A DNA stretch of 64,000 nt from an uncultured Gammaproteobacteria bacterium (GTDB lineage Bacteria > Patescibacteriota > Microgenomatia > UBA10105 > UBA927): positions 319,796-383,795 of the forward strand of contig CAZVTT010000001.1 in assembly GCA_964629685.1 (NCBI GenBank), written 5' to 3'. Below the pieces are notes generated by a model that was given only the letters and a program-made list of their open reading frames with translations, searched no databases and was not told where the DNA came from. Below are positions 28,684 through 37,968 of this stretch, in pieces. Each line of letters opens with the position of its first letter. Within the stretch, counting starts at the first letter, position 1. Both the position numbers and the translations under genes were made by a program.

Positions 28684-29328
28684 ATGAAACGTGTACTTAG
28701 TTTAGGTATTTTATTACTAGCTGTATTTTCTTTAGTTCCACAAATAAGTGCTCATGTTACGATTGACCCGAAGCAAGGTCTGGTCGGATCTCAAATCATT
28801 ACGGTTCGTGTTCCCAATGAACGGAAAATTCCAACGACGGAATTACGGGTTGTGGTTCCAGAGGGCGTAGATGTTACGGGCATATTGCCTGTCTCGGGTT
28901 GGAGTCATTCAGAGAAACGCACAGAGACACCAAAAATGTCCGGTACCAGCGGAATGCCGACTCAAACCGAAGAGGATGATCATGATCATGAAGAATCAAC
29001 CGGACCGATTTCGGAAATAACTTGGACTGGAGGAAAAATCGGAGTTGATGAATTTACTGAATTTAAAATAAGTATTCATTCTACGATGGAGAAAACTACA
29101 GTCTGGAAAACATATCAAAAGTATAGCGACGGTGTAGTTGTAGCCTGGGATGACAGCAGTGAGAAAAATCCTGCTCCAAAAGTGGAATTGACTGGCACAA
29201 AAACGACTGACAATTCTACGGCGATGACTGCTTCAAGCACAGCGGATACCATGCAATCACAATGGTTATCAGTCGGTGCAATTATACTTTCCGTAGCTTC
29301 ATTGGCTATCGGTTTACGGAAAAAGTAA
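28684..29328 (+). CDS. ycnI: YcnI family (DUF1775) copper-binding membrane protein
   Basis: Signal ISA|HVT, RVPNE, GW, ITWTGG, YQKYSDG.VV.W, PAP, C-terminal TM; insert EEDDHDHEE; SD GAAAGGAGGTGA. Confidence 0.9.
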   Translation: MKRVLSLGILLLAVFSLVPQISAHVTIDPKQGLVGSQIITVRVPNERKIPTTELRVVVPEGVDVTGILPVSGWSHSEKRTETPKMSGTSGMPTQTEEDDHDHEESTGPISEITWTGGKIGVDEFTEFKISIHSTMEKTTVWKTYQKYSDGVVVAWDDSSEKNPAPKVELTGTKTTDNSTAMTASSTADTMQSQWLSVGAIILSVASLAIGLRKK

Positions 29329-29349
29329 ATAAGAAAAGTGAACGTTTTT

Positions 29350-29387
29350 ACGGCAATCCCTCTCTATGAGGGATTTGTCGTATTTTC
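29350..29387. terminator. Probable bidirectional intrinsic terminator between ycnI and the Fur-family gene
   Basis: CGGCAATCCCTC-tctat-GAGGGATTTGTCG hairpin between convergent genes. Confidence 0.65.
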
Positions 29388-29389
29388 AC

Positions 29390-29803
29390 CTATGGTTTTA
29401 GACATCTGGGACAAATTCCAAAAAATTCCAGACGGTGTGCGTTGATTTTATATCCGGTATTATTTGCGACGTTTTCCTGAATTTCTTGTGGTATGCAGTC
29501 AGAAATATCCGCGATTGCGCCACATTGTTGGCATACGGCATGGTGATGATGCGTGTGCGCTGCCAGTTCGTACCGGAATTTGCCTTCCATCAAGTCGAGT
29601 TTAAACAGAATGCCGTTGCTTACAAATGCCTCAAGTGTGCGGTAGACCGTCACTTGGTCAATTTTATATTTCTTGTCAGTCAGTTTTTGGTATATGTCCT
29701 GTGCGCTGAGAGGTAGTTGAGAATGCTTGAAAATGGCAATAATCTGCTCTCGTGCCTTGGTCCTGCGTAAGGAAGTAGATGACTGATTTTGGTTTGTCTC
29801 CAT
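29390..29803 (-). CDS. Fur family metal-responsive repressor (Zur/Fur-like)
   Basis: RRTKAR, SAQDIY, TVYRTL, HHHHAVCQQCG and C-terminal GICPRC. Confidence 0.93.
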   Translation of the reverse strand: METNQNQSSTSLRRTKAREQIIAIFKHSQLPLSAQDIYQKLTDKKYKIDQVTVYRTLEAFVSNGILFKLDLMEGKFRYELAAHTHHHHAVCQQCGAIADISDCIPQEIQENVANNTGYKINAHRLEFFGICPRCLKP

Positions 29804-29945
29804 AGGCTAATTATACCATGAGCTAGCTCGAACCGTTTCGTAGGTGACAGTAAATACTTTCTGAGTATAATGTATAGTACTCAAGTAAACGCCTAATAGT
29901 AATACTACCGACAGTGTACAAATCACTGTTGATACGTAACTGCCT

Positions 29946-30950
29946 ATGGATATACTTTCGCTGCTAATTGTCATTTGTACAATTATTATTAGTTTTATTG
30001 CCGTTTACGTTCTCCTTAAAAAAAATCTAAATTCCGGGCAGGATGCTACCCTGGTGGAGTGGCTTAAGAGTATGCAGGTATCGTTAGAACAGACTAACAA
30101 AACATTGAACGATACGATGAGAGGCTCAACAAATGATGTGGCTAAGCTGATGCAGCTCCAGAATCGGGAAATAAATCAACGACTGGATACGGCATCGCGT
30201 GTGATCGGTGATTTACAAAAGCATGTCGGCGAATTATCTGAAGTAGGGAGGGGTATCCGGGATTTACAGGAATTTCTGCAGTCGCCTAAGCTACGGGGTA
30301 ACATCGGTGAGCAAGTTTTGGGAGATATGATCAGTCAAACTTTTCCCAAAAATACATATCATTTACAGTATACATTTCGCTCCGGTGTTAAAGTTGATGC
30401 GGCAATTAAGACAGATGCAGGTTTACTTTGTATAGATTCAAAATTTCCGCTGGAAAATTATGCAAAAAGTTATACTGCAGAAACGGCATCTGAAAGGGGT
30501 GCAGCCAAAAAACAATTTATGCAGGATGTAAAAAAGCACGTTGGCGATATCAGTAAGAAATATATTCTTCCCGAAGAGGGAACTATGGATTTTGCACTAA
30601 TGTATATCCCATCAGAGTCAGTATACTATGAAATAATAAATGAAACTGAACTGATTGATTTTTCCAGAAGGCAGCATATTTACCCTGTATCTCCCAATAC
30701 ACTTTACGCGCATTTGCAGGTAATCTTATTAAGTTTTCAAGGTAAAGAATTAGAGAAGCGATCACGGGAAATAATGAAAATGCTAAATGCTATGCAGGCT
30801 GATTACGATAAACTATATGAGCAAACAGGCGTACTTAGTAAACATGTAAATAATGCATATAACACCATGAATGCAGTGGCTGTAACGGTAAATCAGGTCG
30901 GTTTAAAATTATCTACAACCAGACAACTCCCTGTCGCTGACGAAAGCTAA
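29946..30950 (+). CDS. rmuC: DNA recombination protein RmuC
   Basis: N-terminal TM, coiled coil, K.RGNIGE, IDSKFPLENY, I.KKYI.P..GT.DFALMYIPSE. Confidence 0.93.
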   Translation: MDILSLLIVICTIIISFIAVYVLLKKNLNSGQDATLVEWLKSMQVSLEQTNKTLNDTMRGSTNDVAKLMQLQNREINQRLDTASRVIGDLQKHVGELSEVGRGIRDLQEFLQSPKLRGNIGEQVLGDMISQTFPKNTYHLQYTFRSGVKVDAAIKTDAGLLCIDSKFPLENYAKSYTAETASERGAAKKQFMQDVKKHVGDISKKYILPEEGTMDFALMYIPSESVYYEIINETELIDFSRRQHIYPVSPNTLYAHLQVILLSFQGKELEKRSREIMKMLNAMQADYDKLYEQTGVLSKHVNNAYNTMNAVAVTVNQVGLKLSTTRQLPVADES

Positions 30951-30997
30951 ATTATAGAAATGGAACTTCACTTTCCATCAGGTATAATGCCTTTATC

Positions 30998-33958
30998 GTG
31001 AGAAGTAAAAATACTACATCGACCCGTGTGTTAAATGAAGCTCAGCTTCAGGCTGTAGAATTTGGAGACGGCCCTTTAATGATTATTGCCGGTGCGGGAA
31101 CCGGAAAAACAACCGTTATAACGGAAAGAATTCAGCACCTTATTTCAGAACGTAAAGTATTACCACAAAGTATTCTCGCGTTGACCTTTACCGAAAAAGC
31201 CAGTAGGGAAATGGAAGAGCGGGTAGAAGAGAATCTGCCGTATGGTCTACCTGAAATGTGGATTTCCACATTTCATGCTTTCTGTGATCGGATACTCCGT
31301 GCAGAAGCAATTAATATCGGTTTGGATCCGGGATATCGATTGATGACCGAAGCGGAAACGATTATGTTTTTTCGCCGGCATCTGTTCTCGTTTGCATTAC
31401 ATCAGTTTAGGCCGTTAGGGAATCCAACGAAGTTTATTTCCGGAATGATTCAGCATTTTAGTAGATTAAAAGATGAAGATGTGTTGCCCGGAGTGTATCT
31501 GAAATGGGTAAATGACTTGCCGAGAAGTACTCCCGAAGAAGAGCAAGAGTACGAAAAATATCTGGAATTAGCAAACGCGTATTCATTGTATGAAGATTTT
31601 AAACAAAAGGAAGGTGTAGCTGATTACGCGGATTTAATAAGTAATGTCCTGCAGCTATTCAGAACACGTCCGGCGATACTTGAAAAATATCAAACGCAAT
31701 TTCGTTATATTTTAATAGATGAGTTTCAGGATACTAATTTTGCGCAAAATGAATTGGCGATTCTATTAGCCGGTGAATCGCAAAACATTACTGTTGTGGG
31801 AGATGATGATCAGGCCATTTATCGATGGCGTGGTGCGGCGGTAAGTAACATGGTACAGTTCCGTACCAGGTTTCCGAAAGTAAAGATTGTAGTTCTTAAA
31901 CAAAACTACAGATCTTCAAAAGAAATTTTAGATCGTTCGTATGAATTAATTCAGTTTAATAACCCGGATCGGTTAGAGGTGGTTGAGAAGGTGGATAAAA
32001 AATTAGAGAGCATGCGGATGATACAAGGTGAAGAAATAGAATTTATTTATACTGACAGGGTGGAAAATGAAGCCGATGAAGTCGCAAAAACAATAACTCG
32101 ACTTATTACAGAACATCAGTATTCTTATTCAGATTTCGGTATCCTTGTCAGGGCAAATAATCATGCTGAACCGTTTACCAGGGCACTTGTTCGACATGGG
32201 ATACCGTATCAATTTTTAGGGCCTGGTCAACTGTTTAGGCAACCTGAAGTTAAAGATCTAATTGGCTATCTTAAGGTGCTATATAATTTCGAAGATAATG
32301 TCGCTATGTATAGAGTTCTGACTATGGAGTGGCTAAATTTGCCGCCTCGTGATATAGCAGCGCTAATGAATTTTGCAAAACGTAATGGAGTCTCGCTTTT
32401 TGAAACGTGTGAAAAGGTTGTATTGCATAAAGATACGCCTCAGTTAGAAGAGAATACAGTGCAGAATTCTAAACCGGAACTCAATATCGCGGAACTGTCT
32501 CCTGAGACGCCAATTCGGTTAAAAATGTTTGTTGAGATGGTAAAGCGGCATTTGCATAGTATTAAAAAAGAAACAGCGGGACAGATCCTGTATTATTTTT
32601 TGCAGGATTCCGGATTATTGCAGCAGTTTACCGCATATAAAACCGTTGCTGAGGAGCGAACCGCGCTTAATATTGCTAAGTTTTTTGATAAGTTAAAAAC
32701 ATATGAAGCCGAACACGAGGAAGCCGACATATTTACTGTTGTGGATTGGATAGATTTGTCGTTAACCTTAGGCGAGTCTCCTGCCGCTAGTGATACCGAT
32801 TGGACAGAAAATAACGCAGTTACCCTAATGACGATTCATGCCGCCAAGGGATTAGAATTTCCGGTAGTGTTTATGATCAATCTGGTATCAGCACGCTTTC
32901 CCACGACGGAACGGAAGGAGCAAATACCTATTCCTGACCAATTAATTAAGGAAATCGTTCCGACTGGTGACTTCCATTTACAGGAAGAACGACGTTTGTT
33001 CTATGTAGGCATGACCCGTGCAAGAGATTATCTGTTTTTCACCGGTGCAAAATATTACGGAGAAGGAAAGCGGGAGAAAAAAATTTCACCATTTATTGTA
33101 GAGGCTTTGGGATCATCCGCGGTAAAAAAATTGGAACAGCGCGTTATTAAACCAATGTCTCAATTATCGCTATTGGATTGGCAGACTCATCCCGAGCCGG
33201 TTGTTCAAAATACAAGCCATGCACCGGTAACGTATTTATCCTATTCTCAGCTGCACACATTCACAACATGTCCGCTTCAATATAAGTACAGGTATATATT
33301 AAAAATTCCCGTTCCGCCTTCCGCTGCACTTACATTTGGAGATACTATACACAAAGTTATTAATGTGTTTTATGAGCGGATCAAACAGGGTGAAAAAGCT
33401 CATCCGGAAATGCTTCTGGAATTGCTGGATACACTGTGGTCATCAATTGGATTTGGCGATAAAGCCTATGAAAAAAAGATGAAACTACATGGGAAAGATT
33501 TGTTAACAAGTTTTTATACCCATGCGTTTGATCCTGCGAGAATTCCCCTGTCCCTTGAGCATCCGTTTCGAATAAAAATATCACCGGAATTAAAATTAGG
33601 TGGGAAAATAGACAGGGTTGACAGATTAACCGATGGTACGCTGGAAATTATTGACTACAAAACAGGTCATGCTCCGAAAGCCCGAGATGTTAAAAATGAT
33701 TTACAGTTAACGGTATATGCAATGGCTGCTACGGATGAGGGATTATATCGACAGCCTGTCGATAAAGTTATTGTTTCGTTTTATTTTTTTGAAGGGGACG
33801 AAAAGATATCCGCTACACGGACACAGGAACAGATAGATGAGGCAAGAATAAAAATCCGCACCAAAGCCGAAGAAATTAGTACTAGCATTTTTACGCCGAC
33901 TCCGGGAAAGCATTGCGATTTCTGTGAGTTTCGACTAATCTGTGAAGCCTGGCAGTAA
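30998..33958 (+). CDS. UvrD/Rep-like helicase fused to a C-terminal PD-(D/E)xK nuclease (AdnA/B-like)
   Basis: AGAGTGKT, DEFQD, GDDDQAIY, NYRS, TIHAAKGLE, EERRLFYVGMTRA; LSYSQL..F..CP, GKIDRVD, IIDYKTG, QL..Y, CDFCEFRLIC. Confidence 0.92.
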   Translation: MRSKNTTSTRVLNEAQLQAVEFGDGPLMIIAGAGTGKTTVITERIQHLISERKVLPQSILALTFTEKASREMEERVEENLPYGLPEMWISTFHAFCDRILRAEAINIGLDPGYRLMTEAETIMFFRRHLFSFALHQFRPLGNPTKFISGMIQHFSRLKDEDVLPGVYLKWVNDLPRSTPEEEQEYEKYLELANAYSLYEDFKQKEGVADYADLISNVLQLFRTRPAILEKYQTQFRYILIDEFQDTNFAQNELAILLAGESQNITVVGDDDQAIYRWRGAAVSNMVQFRTRFPKVKIVVLKQNYRSSKEILDRSYELIQFNNPDRLEVVEKVDKKLESMRMIQGEEIEFIYTDRVENEADEVAKTITRLITEHQYSYSDFGILVRANNHAEPFTRALVRHGIPYQFLGPGQLFRQPEVKDLIGYLKVLYNFEDNVAMYRVLTMEWLNLPPRDIAALMNFAKRNGVSLFETCEKVVLHKDTPQLEENTVQNSKPELNIAELSPETPIRLKMFVEMVKRHLHSIKKETAGQILYYFLQDSGLLQQFTAYKTVAEERTALNIAKFFDKLKTYEAEHEEADIFTVVDWIDLSLTLGESPAASDTDWTENNAVTLMTIHAAKGLEFPVVFMINLVSARFPTTERKEQIPIPDQLIKEIVPTGDFHLQEERRLFYVGMTRARDYLFFTGAKYYGEGKREKKISPFIVEALGSSAVKKLEQRVIKPMSQLSLLDWQTHPEPVVQNTSHAPVTYLSYSQLHTFTTCPLQYKYRYILKIPVPPSAALTFGDTIHKVINVFYERIKQGEKAHPEMLLELLDTLWSSIGFGDKAYEKKMKLHGKDLLTSFYTHAFDPARIPLSLEHPFRIKISPELKLGGKIDRVDRLTDGTLEIIDYKTGHAPKARDVKNDLQLTVYAMAATDEGLYRQPVDKVIVSFYFFEGDEKISATRTQEQIDEARIKIRTKAEEISTSIFTPTPGKHCDFCEFRLICEAWQ

Positions 33959-33959
33959 C

Positions 33960-34817
33960 CTATTTATACCAGAGGGGATATGTGCGTTCCAATCCCCCAA
34001 AGCCTTCTTTGAATTTTGTAAATCCCTTCCATGAATCAAACTCTTTTGCCAAGCGTTCATCCCATACTCCCACAAAGTCAAACCATTGAGCACCCCGAAG
34101 TTTTGCTAATTTCATGCATTCCCATGCCAGCAGTGTCGGTGCAAAAACATGTTTACCTTTTTTTGTAGCTCCTGCTATCCAGTAATACGCAGTGTTTTCC
34201 CAGAATAACATCAGTACGCCACCAACTATTTCGTCGTTAATAGTTCTGCGGAAGATGTGACGGCTTGGAGCAGTTGCCAGAAGAATTGCAGCGTGTCGGG
34301 GTGCAAAAACCGGCCAAATTTTGGCTATACCGTAAGTAGTAACAAATCCAAAAGGGCCTGCTGATTTGTTTTTAATGCGTATAAGTTCAGATATATCGTG
34401 TGATTCCCGGATTTTTACTCCGTATTTAGTTGCTCGCCTGACTGCTCTTCTTTTGGCAGGTGTAAACGAATTAAAAATTTCATTGAGTGGGGGATCTAAA
34501 TTCACTAGGATAGTTTTTGTAGGAAGGTAGGGAGATGAGGTTAAGGAGAAGTCTTTCCGAAGTTGTTGCGTCCATGCTTTGAATTCGGCTGAGGATTGAT
34601 TGGGTTGTGCTTCCGCGACTATGGTACGAACATGATGTGATTTAAGCAGAGGTATGAGTTTATTTAACGGTGGCAAACTATGCGGACGTTGTATTTTTGC
34701 CATTGTGCCGACGAACGGAAAATTTTTTATGAATACATTTGTGCCATCTATGGTAAGAACGTTCCAGTGTAAACGGCGGGTAAATTCTGCAAATAACGGG
34801 GATTGTTGGAGTTCCAT
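33960..34817 (-). CDS. FemABX family peptidyltransferase-like protein
   Basis: LQQSP.FA, TILVNL, RRAVRRA.K.GV, PTLLAWE, FDFVG, GFTKFKEGFGG. Confidence 0.85.
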   Translation of the reverse strand: MELQQSPLFAEFTRRLHWNVLTIDGTNVFIKNFPFVGTMAKIQRPHSLPPLNKLIPLLKSHHVRTIVAEAQPNQSSAEFKAWTQQLRKDFSLTSSPYLPTKTILVNLDPPLNEIFNSFTPAKRRAVRRATKYGVKIRESHDISELIRIKNKSAGPFGFVTTYGIAKIWPVFAPRHAAILLATAPSRHIFRRTINDEIVGGVLMLFWENTAYYWIAGATKKGKHVFAPTLLAWECMKLAKLRGAQWFDFVGVWDERLAKEFDSWKGFTKFKEGFGGLERTYPLWYK

Positions 34818-34820
34818 ACC

Positions 34821-35843
34821 TTAAAATAATTTCTGTTTAAGCCGTAAATATTTCCATCGGATGGCGTCTGCGAGAGTGTATCCGGAGTAAAGAACCGGGT
34901 TAATAATATAATCGAATGACCCGATTGAGTGTATTAATTCCGGGTGAAAACCTTCCTTAAAGCGGTGAAATCCATACCAAGGGTCATTCTGATCAGGGTT
35001 TGGTCCGAGTGCTCCCCATAAGTCAAATGAACTGAAATTGTGCTGTTTTGCCCAGCGGATTATTTCCCAAAGTAGGAGTGTGGGCGCCATGACCTGTCTA
35101 TACTCTCGGGAAGAAGCTCCATATGGGTAATACAGCGAGTTTTTCCATTTAAACAGTATCCAGGCTGCTACTGTTTTATGCTGATAGGTTGCCGTAAACA
35201 TTGTGGCTATATTCGCCTGACGCATAATCTGCCACATACTGCGATGGTACTGGGAATTGTGAGCATAGAATCCTTGTCTGGCGGTAGTTTCCTGAGATAA
35301 AGATATATATTGATCAAATGCGGCAGGAGAATTATCTTCCTGAATGCTTACAGAATGTTTCTGTGCGATTTTAATATTGTATCGTGTTTTGGGATGTAAT
35401 TTCTTCATTAACTCTTCTTCGGACTGCCGCAGATCAATAGCAAAAGTGTAAGGGGTAAAAAGAGCACGATGAGAGGGAACAAACCTGTTTGAATGCGGTA
35501 ACTGATCGTAAGTTGCTTCGGAATATACAAGGTTTGGCTCTATTTGAATACTTATGCTGTTGTTTGGTTTCGTAAAGCGGGCGAGCGCATTAATCATGTC
35601 CCTCGTAGGTAGGGGACCTTTAGCAAAATAGCCTACCGTATAGTTGGTCATAGGAATACGGTGTAGCGTAACTTGCCAACCGTCCACTATTTCGCCACCT
35701 TCGGTGGTTACGATTCTTTGAACTTGTACTCCCATAGATGCGCGAAATTCACCCCATGCCCAGGATTGCAGAGGATGATGAATGACGCGATCCCAATGGT
35801 GCTTATCTTCCTGATTTGCCGGTCGGATTGTTCTGATAGGCAT
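34821..35843 (-). CDS. FemABX family lipid II aminoacyltransferase
   Basis: HPLQSWAWGEFR, KGP, KTRYNIK.A, YPYGAS, FDLWG, GFHRFKEGF. Confidence 0.9.
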   Translation of the reverse strand: MPIRTIRPANQEDKHHWDRVIHHPLQSWAWGEFRASMGVQVQRIVTTEGGEIVDGWQVTLHRIPMTNYTVGYFAKGPLPTRDMINALARFTKPNNSISIQIEPNLVYSEATYDQLPHSNRFVPSHRALFTPYTFAIDLRQSEEELMKKLHPKTRYNIKIAQKHSVSIQEDNSPAAFDQYISLSQETTARQGFYAHNSQYHRSMWQIMRQANIATMFTATYQHKTVAAWILFKWKNSLYYPYGASSREYRQVMAPTLLLWEIIRWAKQHNFSSFDLWGALGPNPDQNDPWYGFHRFKEGFHPELIHSIGSFDYIINPVLYSGYTLADAIRWKYLRLKQKLF

Positions 35844-35894
35844 AATTATATTGTTATTATCTCTTTTTTCCCCTTATGGTACAATCAGGATAGA

Positions 35895-36098
35895 ATGAAA
35901 AAGCGAAAGCGTATTCGTGAAACACAGCAGGAAAAAGCGATTTCGTGGTTACCAATCGATAGTAGACTCTTTATGCCGTTTATTGGTTTTGGGAGAGTAA
36001 AGGGTCTCTCAAAAGTATTTCTAGAGGTTGAATTAGCACTTTCAATATTCGTGGTTACAGGTACGGTATTGTTAATGATATTCAGAATTTTTTACTAA
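35895..36098 (+). CDS. Small membrane protein
   Basis: ATG 9 nt after TGgTACAAT; basic N-terminus and C-terminal TM; fills the gap between femABX and pcrA. Confidence 0.6.
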   Translation: MKKRKRIRETQQEKAISWLPIDSRLFMPFIGFGRVKGLSKVFLEVELALSIFVVTGTVLLMIFRIFY

Positions 36099-37951
36099 AT
36101 TAAAAGGTCATCTTCCCTAAATCCCCGATCATAATCCAGTGAAACTTGTGATCTTAATATTTCTTCCGGAATATCTCCAAGAAAACGCGAGGGCATGTTT
36201 TGTGTTCGCGTGCCAAAGAATAGTCGATGGTTGGCATGGGTAAGGTAGAGAGTATCTTTCGCTCTGGTAATTGCCACATAACAAAGTCGACGTTCTTCTT
36301 CAAGTTCTTCTTTATCCAGAAGCGCTCTGCTGTGAGGGAAGAGACCTTCTTCCATTCCGATTACAAATACGGTTGGATACTCTAATCCTTTAGCAGTATG
36401 AATTGTCATAAGCGTAACTGCAGAACGGTTTGTGTCGCGCTGTTTAACTTTGTCCGGTTCGTACTCCCGTTCTACTAATGCCACATTCTCCAGAAATGTT
36501 GTTAGTTCAGGAAATTCCATCGCAACAGACCGGAGTTCCTTAATATTTTCGAGTCTGTATGCTTCTTCTTCCTTATTTATGTCGTAGAGAGAGAGGTATT
36601 CTGTTTGTTCTATTACTTTATCCAACAACTCTAAAGTAGTTTCAGAAATAAGTGTATTATCTTGTTGCAATTGCTGTTGAAGCTTCTGAAATCGTTCTAA
36701 ACGGCCTTTACCAAGTTTTTCTATCCGTTTGTATGATACCGAATCTTTTGGGTTTGAAAGAACACGTAAATATGCCAGTACGTCTTTAATTTCTTTCCGT
36801 TCGTAGAACCTTGTTCCTCCTACCAATAAATACGGAATTCCGGCGTGGAGTAAAGCTTCTTCTACTACACGCGATTGTGCATTAGTACGGTATAAAATGG
36901 CAAAGTCTGTATAGGGTCTCCCTGATTGGAGAATAGTTTGTATCAGAAACATTGCTTCGTCATGTTCATTTCTGGCTTCATAAAGCACGATATTTTGTCC
37001 TTTGGGTTTTTCTGTCCATAGTTTCAGAATTGGATGTGACGTATTTTTTGATATTACGGCATAAGCGGCATCTAGTATCGTTTGCGTAGAGCGGTAGTTC
37101 TGTTCAAGATGAAATTCCTTAACATTGGGATAGTCTACCCTGAAATTAGTAATATTCCGGTAATCGGCACCTCTCCAGCGATATATACTTTGTGAAGCAT
37201 CACCTACAACGCAAATATTGAGGTAGCGACCGCTTAGTTGTCGTGTAAGTACATACTGGGCTTTATTAGTATCCTGGTATTCATCTACCAGTATGTATTT
37301 GTATTGTTCCTGATATTTCCCCTGAATTTCGGGAAATTTCTCAAAAAGTTGAACGGTCTTCATTAATAAATCATCAAAATCAAGAGCTTCATTCTGTTGA
37401 AGCAGTTTCTGATATTCCAAGTACACTTGGGCAACCGTTTCCTGATAGTATCCACGTGCCAGTTGTGGATATTCCAGTGCCGTAATTAGTTCGTTTTTTA
37501 TTTCCGATATGGTATGAAGTAACGCGTTAGGATTAAAATTTTTGGCTGAGATATCCAACTTGCGCAGAACTTCTTTAATTGCGTCTGACTGATCCTGGTC
37601 ATCATATATTACGAATGACGGGGCAATTCCTAAATGCATGCCTTCCCGCCGTAACACTTTTACTGCAAAGGAATGAAATGTTCCCGCGTAAGGAAGTTCA
37701 GTAGATAGTCCATTCTGACTAAGTAGTGTGAGAATTCTCTTTTTCATTTCTGCCGCGGCTTTATTGGTAAATGTACACATGAGAATGTTATGTGGCGGAA
37801 CTGCATGATCAGCAATAAGATGGGCAACTTTATATGTTAAAACTTTTGTTTTACCGCTGCCTGCCCCAGCAAAAATAAGTGTTGGCCCTTTAACGTGGGT
37901 TGCGGCTTTACGCTGCTCTTGGTTTAATTCATTGAGGAATGCTGAAAGCAT
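36095..37951 (-). CDS. pcrA: ATP-dependent DNA helicase PcrA/UvrD (compact form)
   Basis: AGAGSGKT, TFTNKAA.EM, DEYQDTN, LEQNYRS, YRTNAQSR, EEERRLCYVAITRA; start at ATG 37951 avoids overlap with tpiA. Confidence 0.93.
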   Translation of the reverse strand: MLSAFLNELNQEQRKAATHVKGPTLIFAGAGSGKTKVLTYKVAHLIADHAVPPHNILMCTFTNKAAAEMKKRILTLLSQNGLSTELPYAGTFHSFAVKVLRREGMHLGIAPSFVIYDDQDQSDAIKEVLRKLDISAKNFNPNALLHTISEIKNELITALEYPQLARGYYQETVAQVYLEYQKLLQQNEALDFDDLLMKTVQLFEKFPEIQGKYQEQYKYILVDEYQDTNKAQYVLTRQLSGRYLNICVVGDASQSIYRWRGADYRNITNFRVDYPNVKEFHLEQNYRSTQTILDAAYAVISKNTSHPILKLWTEKPKGQNIVLYEARNEHDEAMFLIQTILQSGRPYTDFAILYRTNAQSRVVEEALLHAGIPYLLVGGTRFYERKEIKDVLAYLRVLSNPKDSVSYKRIEKLGKGRLERFQKLQQQLQQDNTLISETTLELLDKVIEQTEYLSLYDINKEEEAYRLENIKELRSVAMEFPELTTFLENVALVEREYEPDKVKQRDTNRSAVTLMTIHTAKGLEYPTVFVIGMEEGLFPHSRALLDKEELEEERRLCYVAITRAKDTLYLTHANHRLFFGTRTQNMPSRFLGDIPEEILRSQVSLDYDRGFREDDLLI

Positions 37952-37968
37952 AGGTATAATCTTATCAT

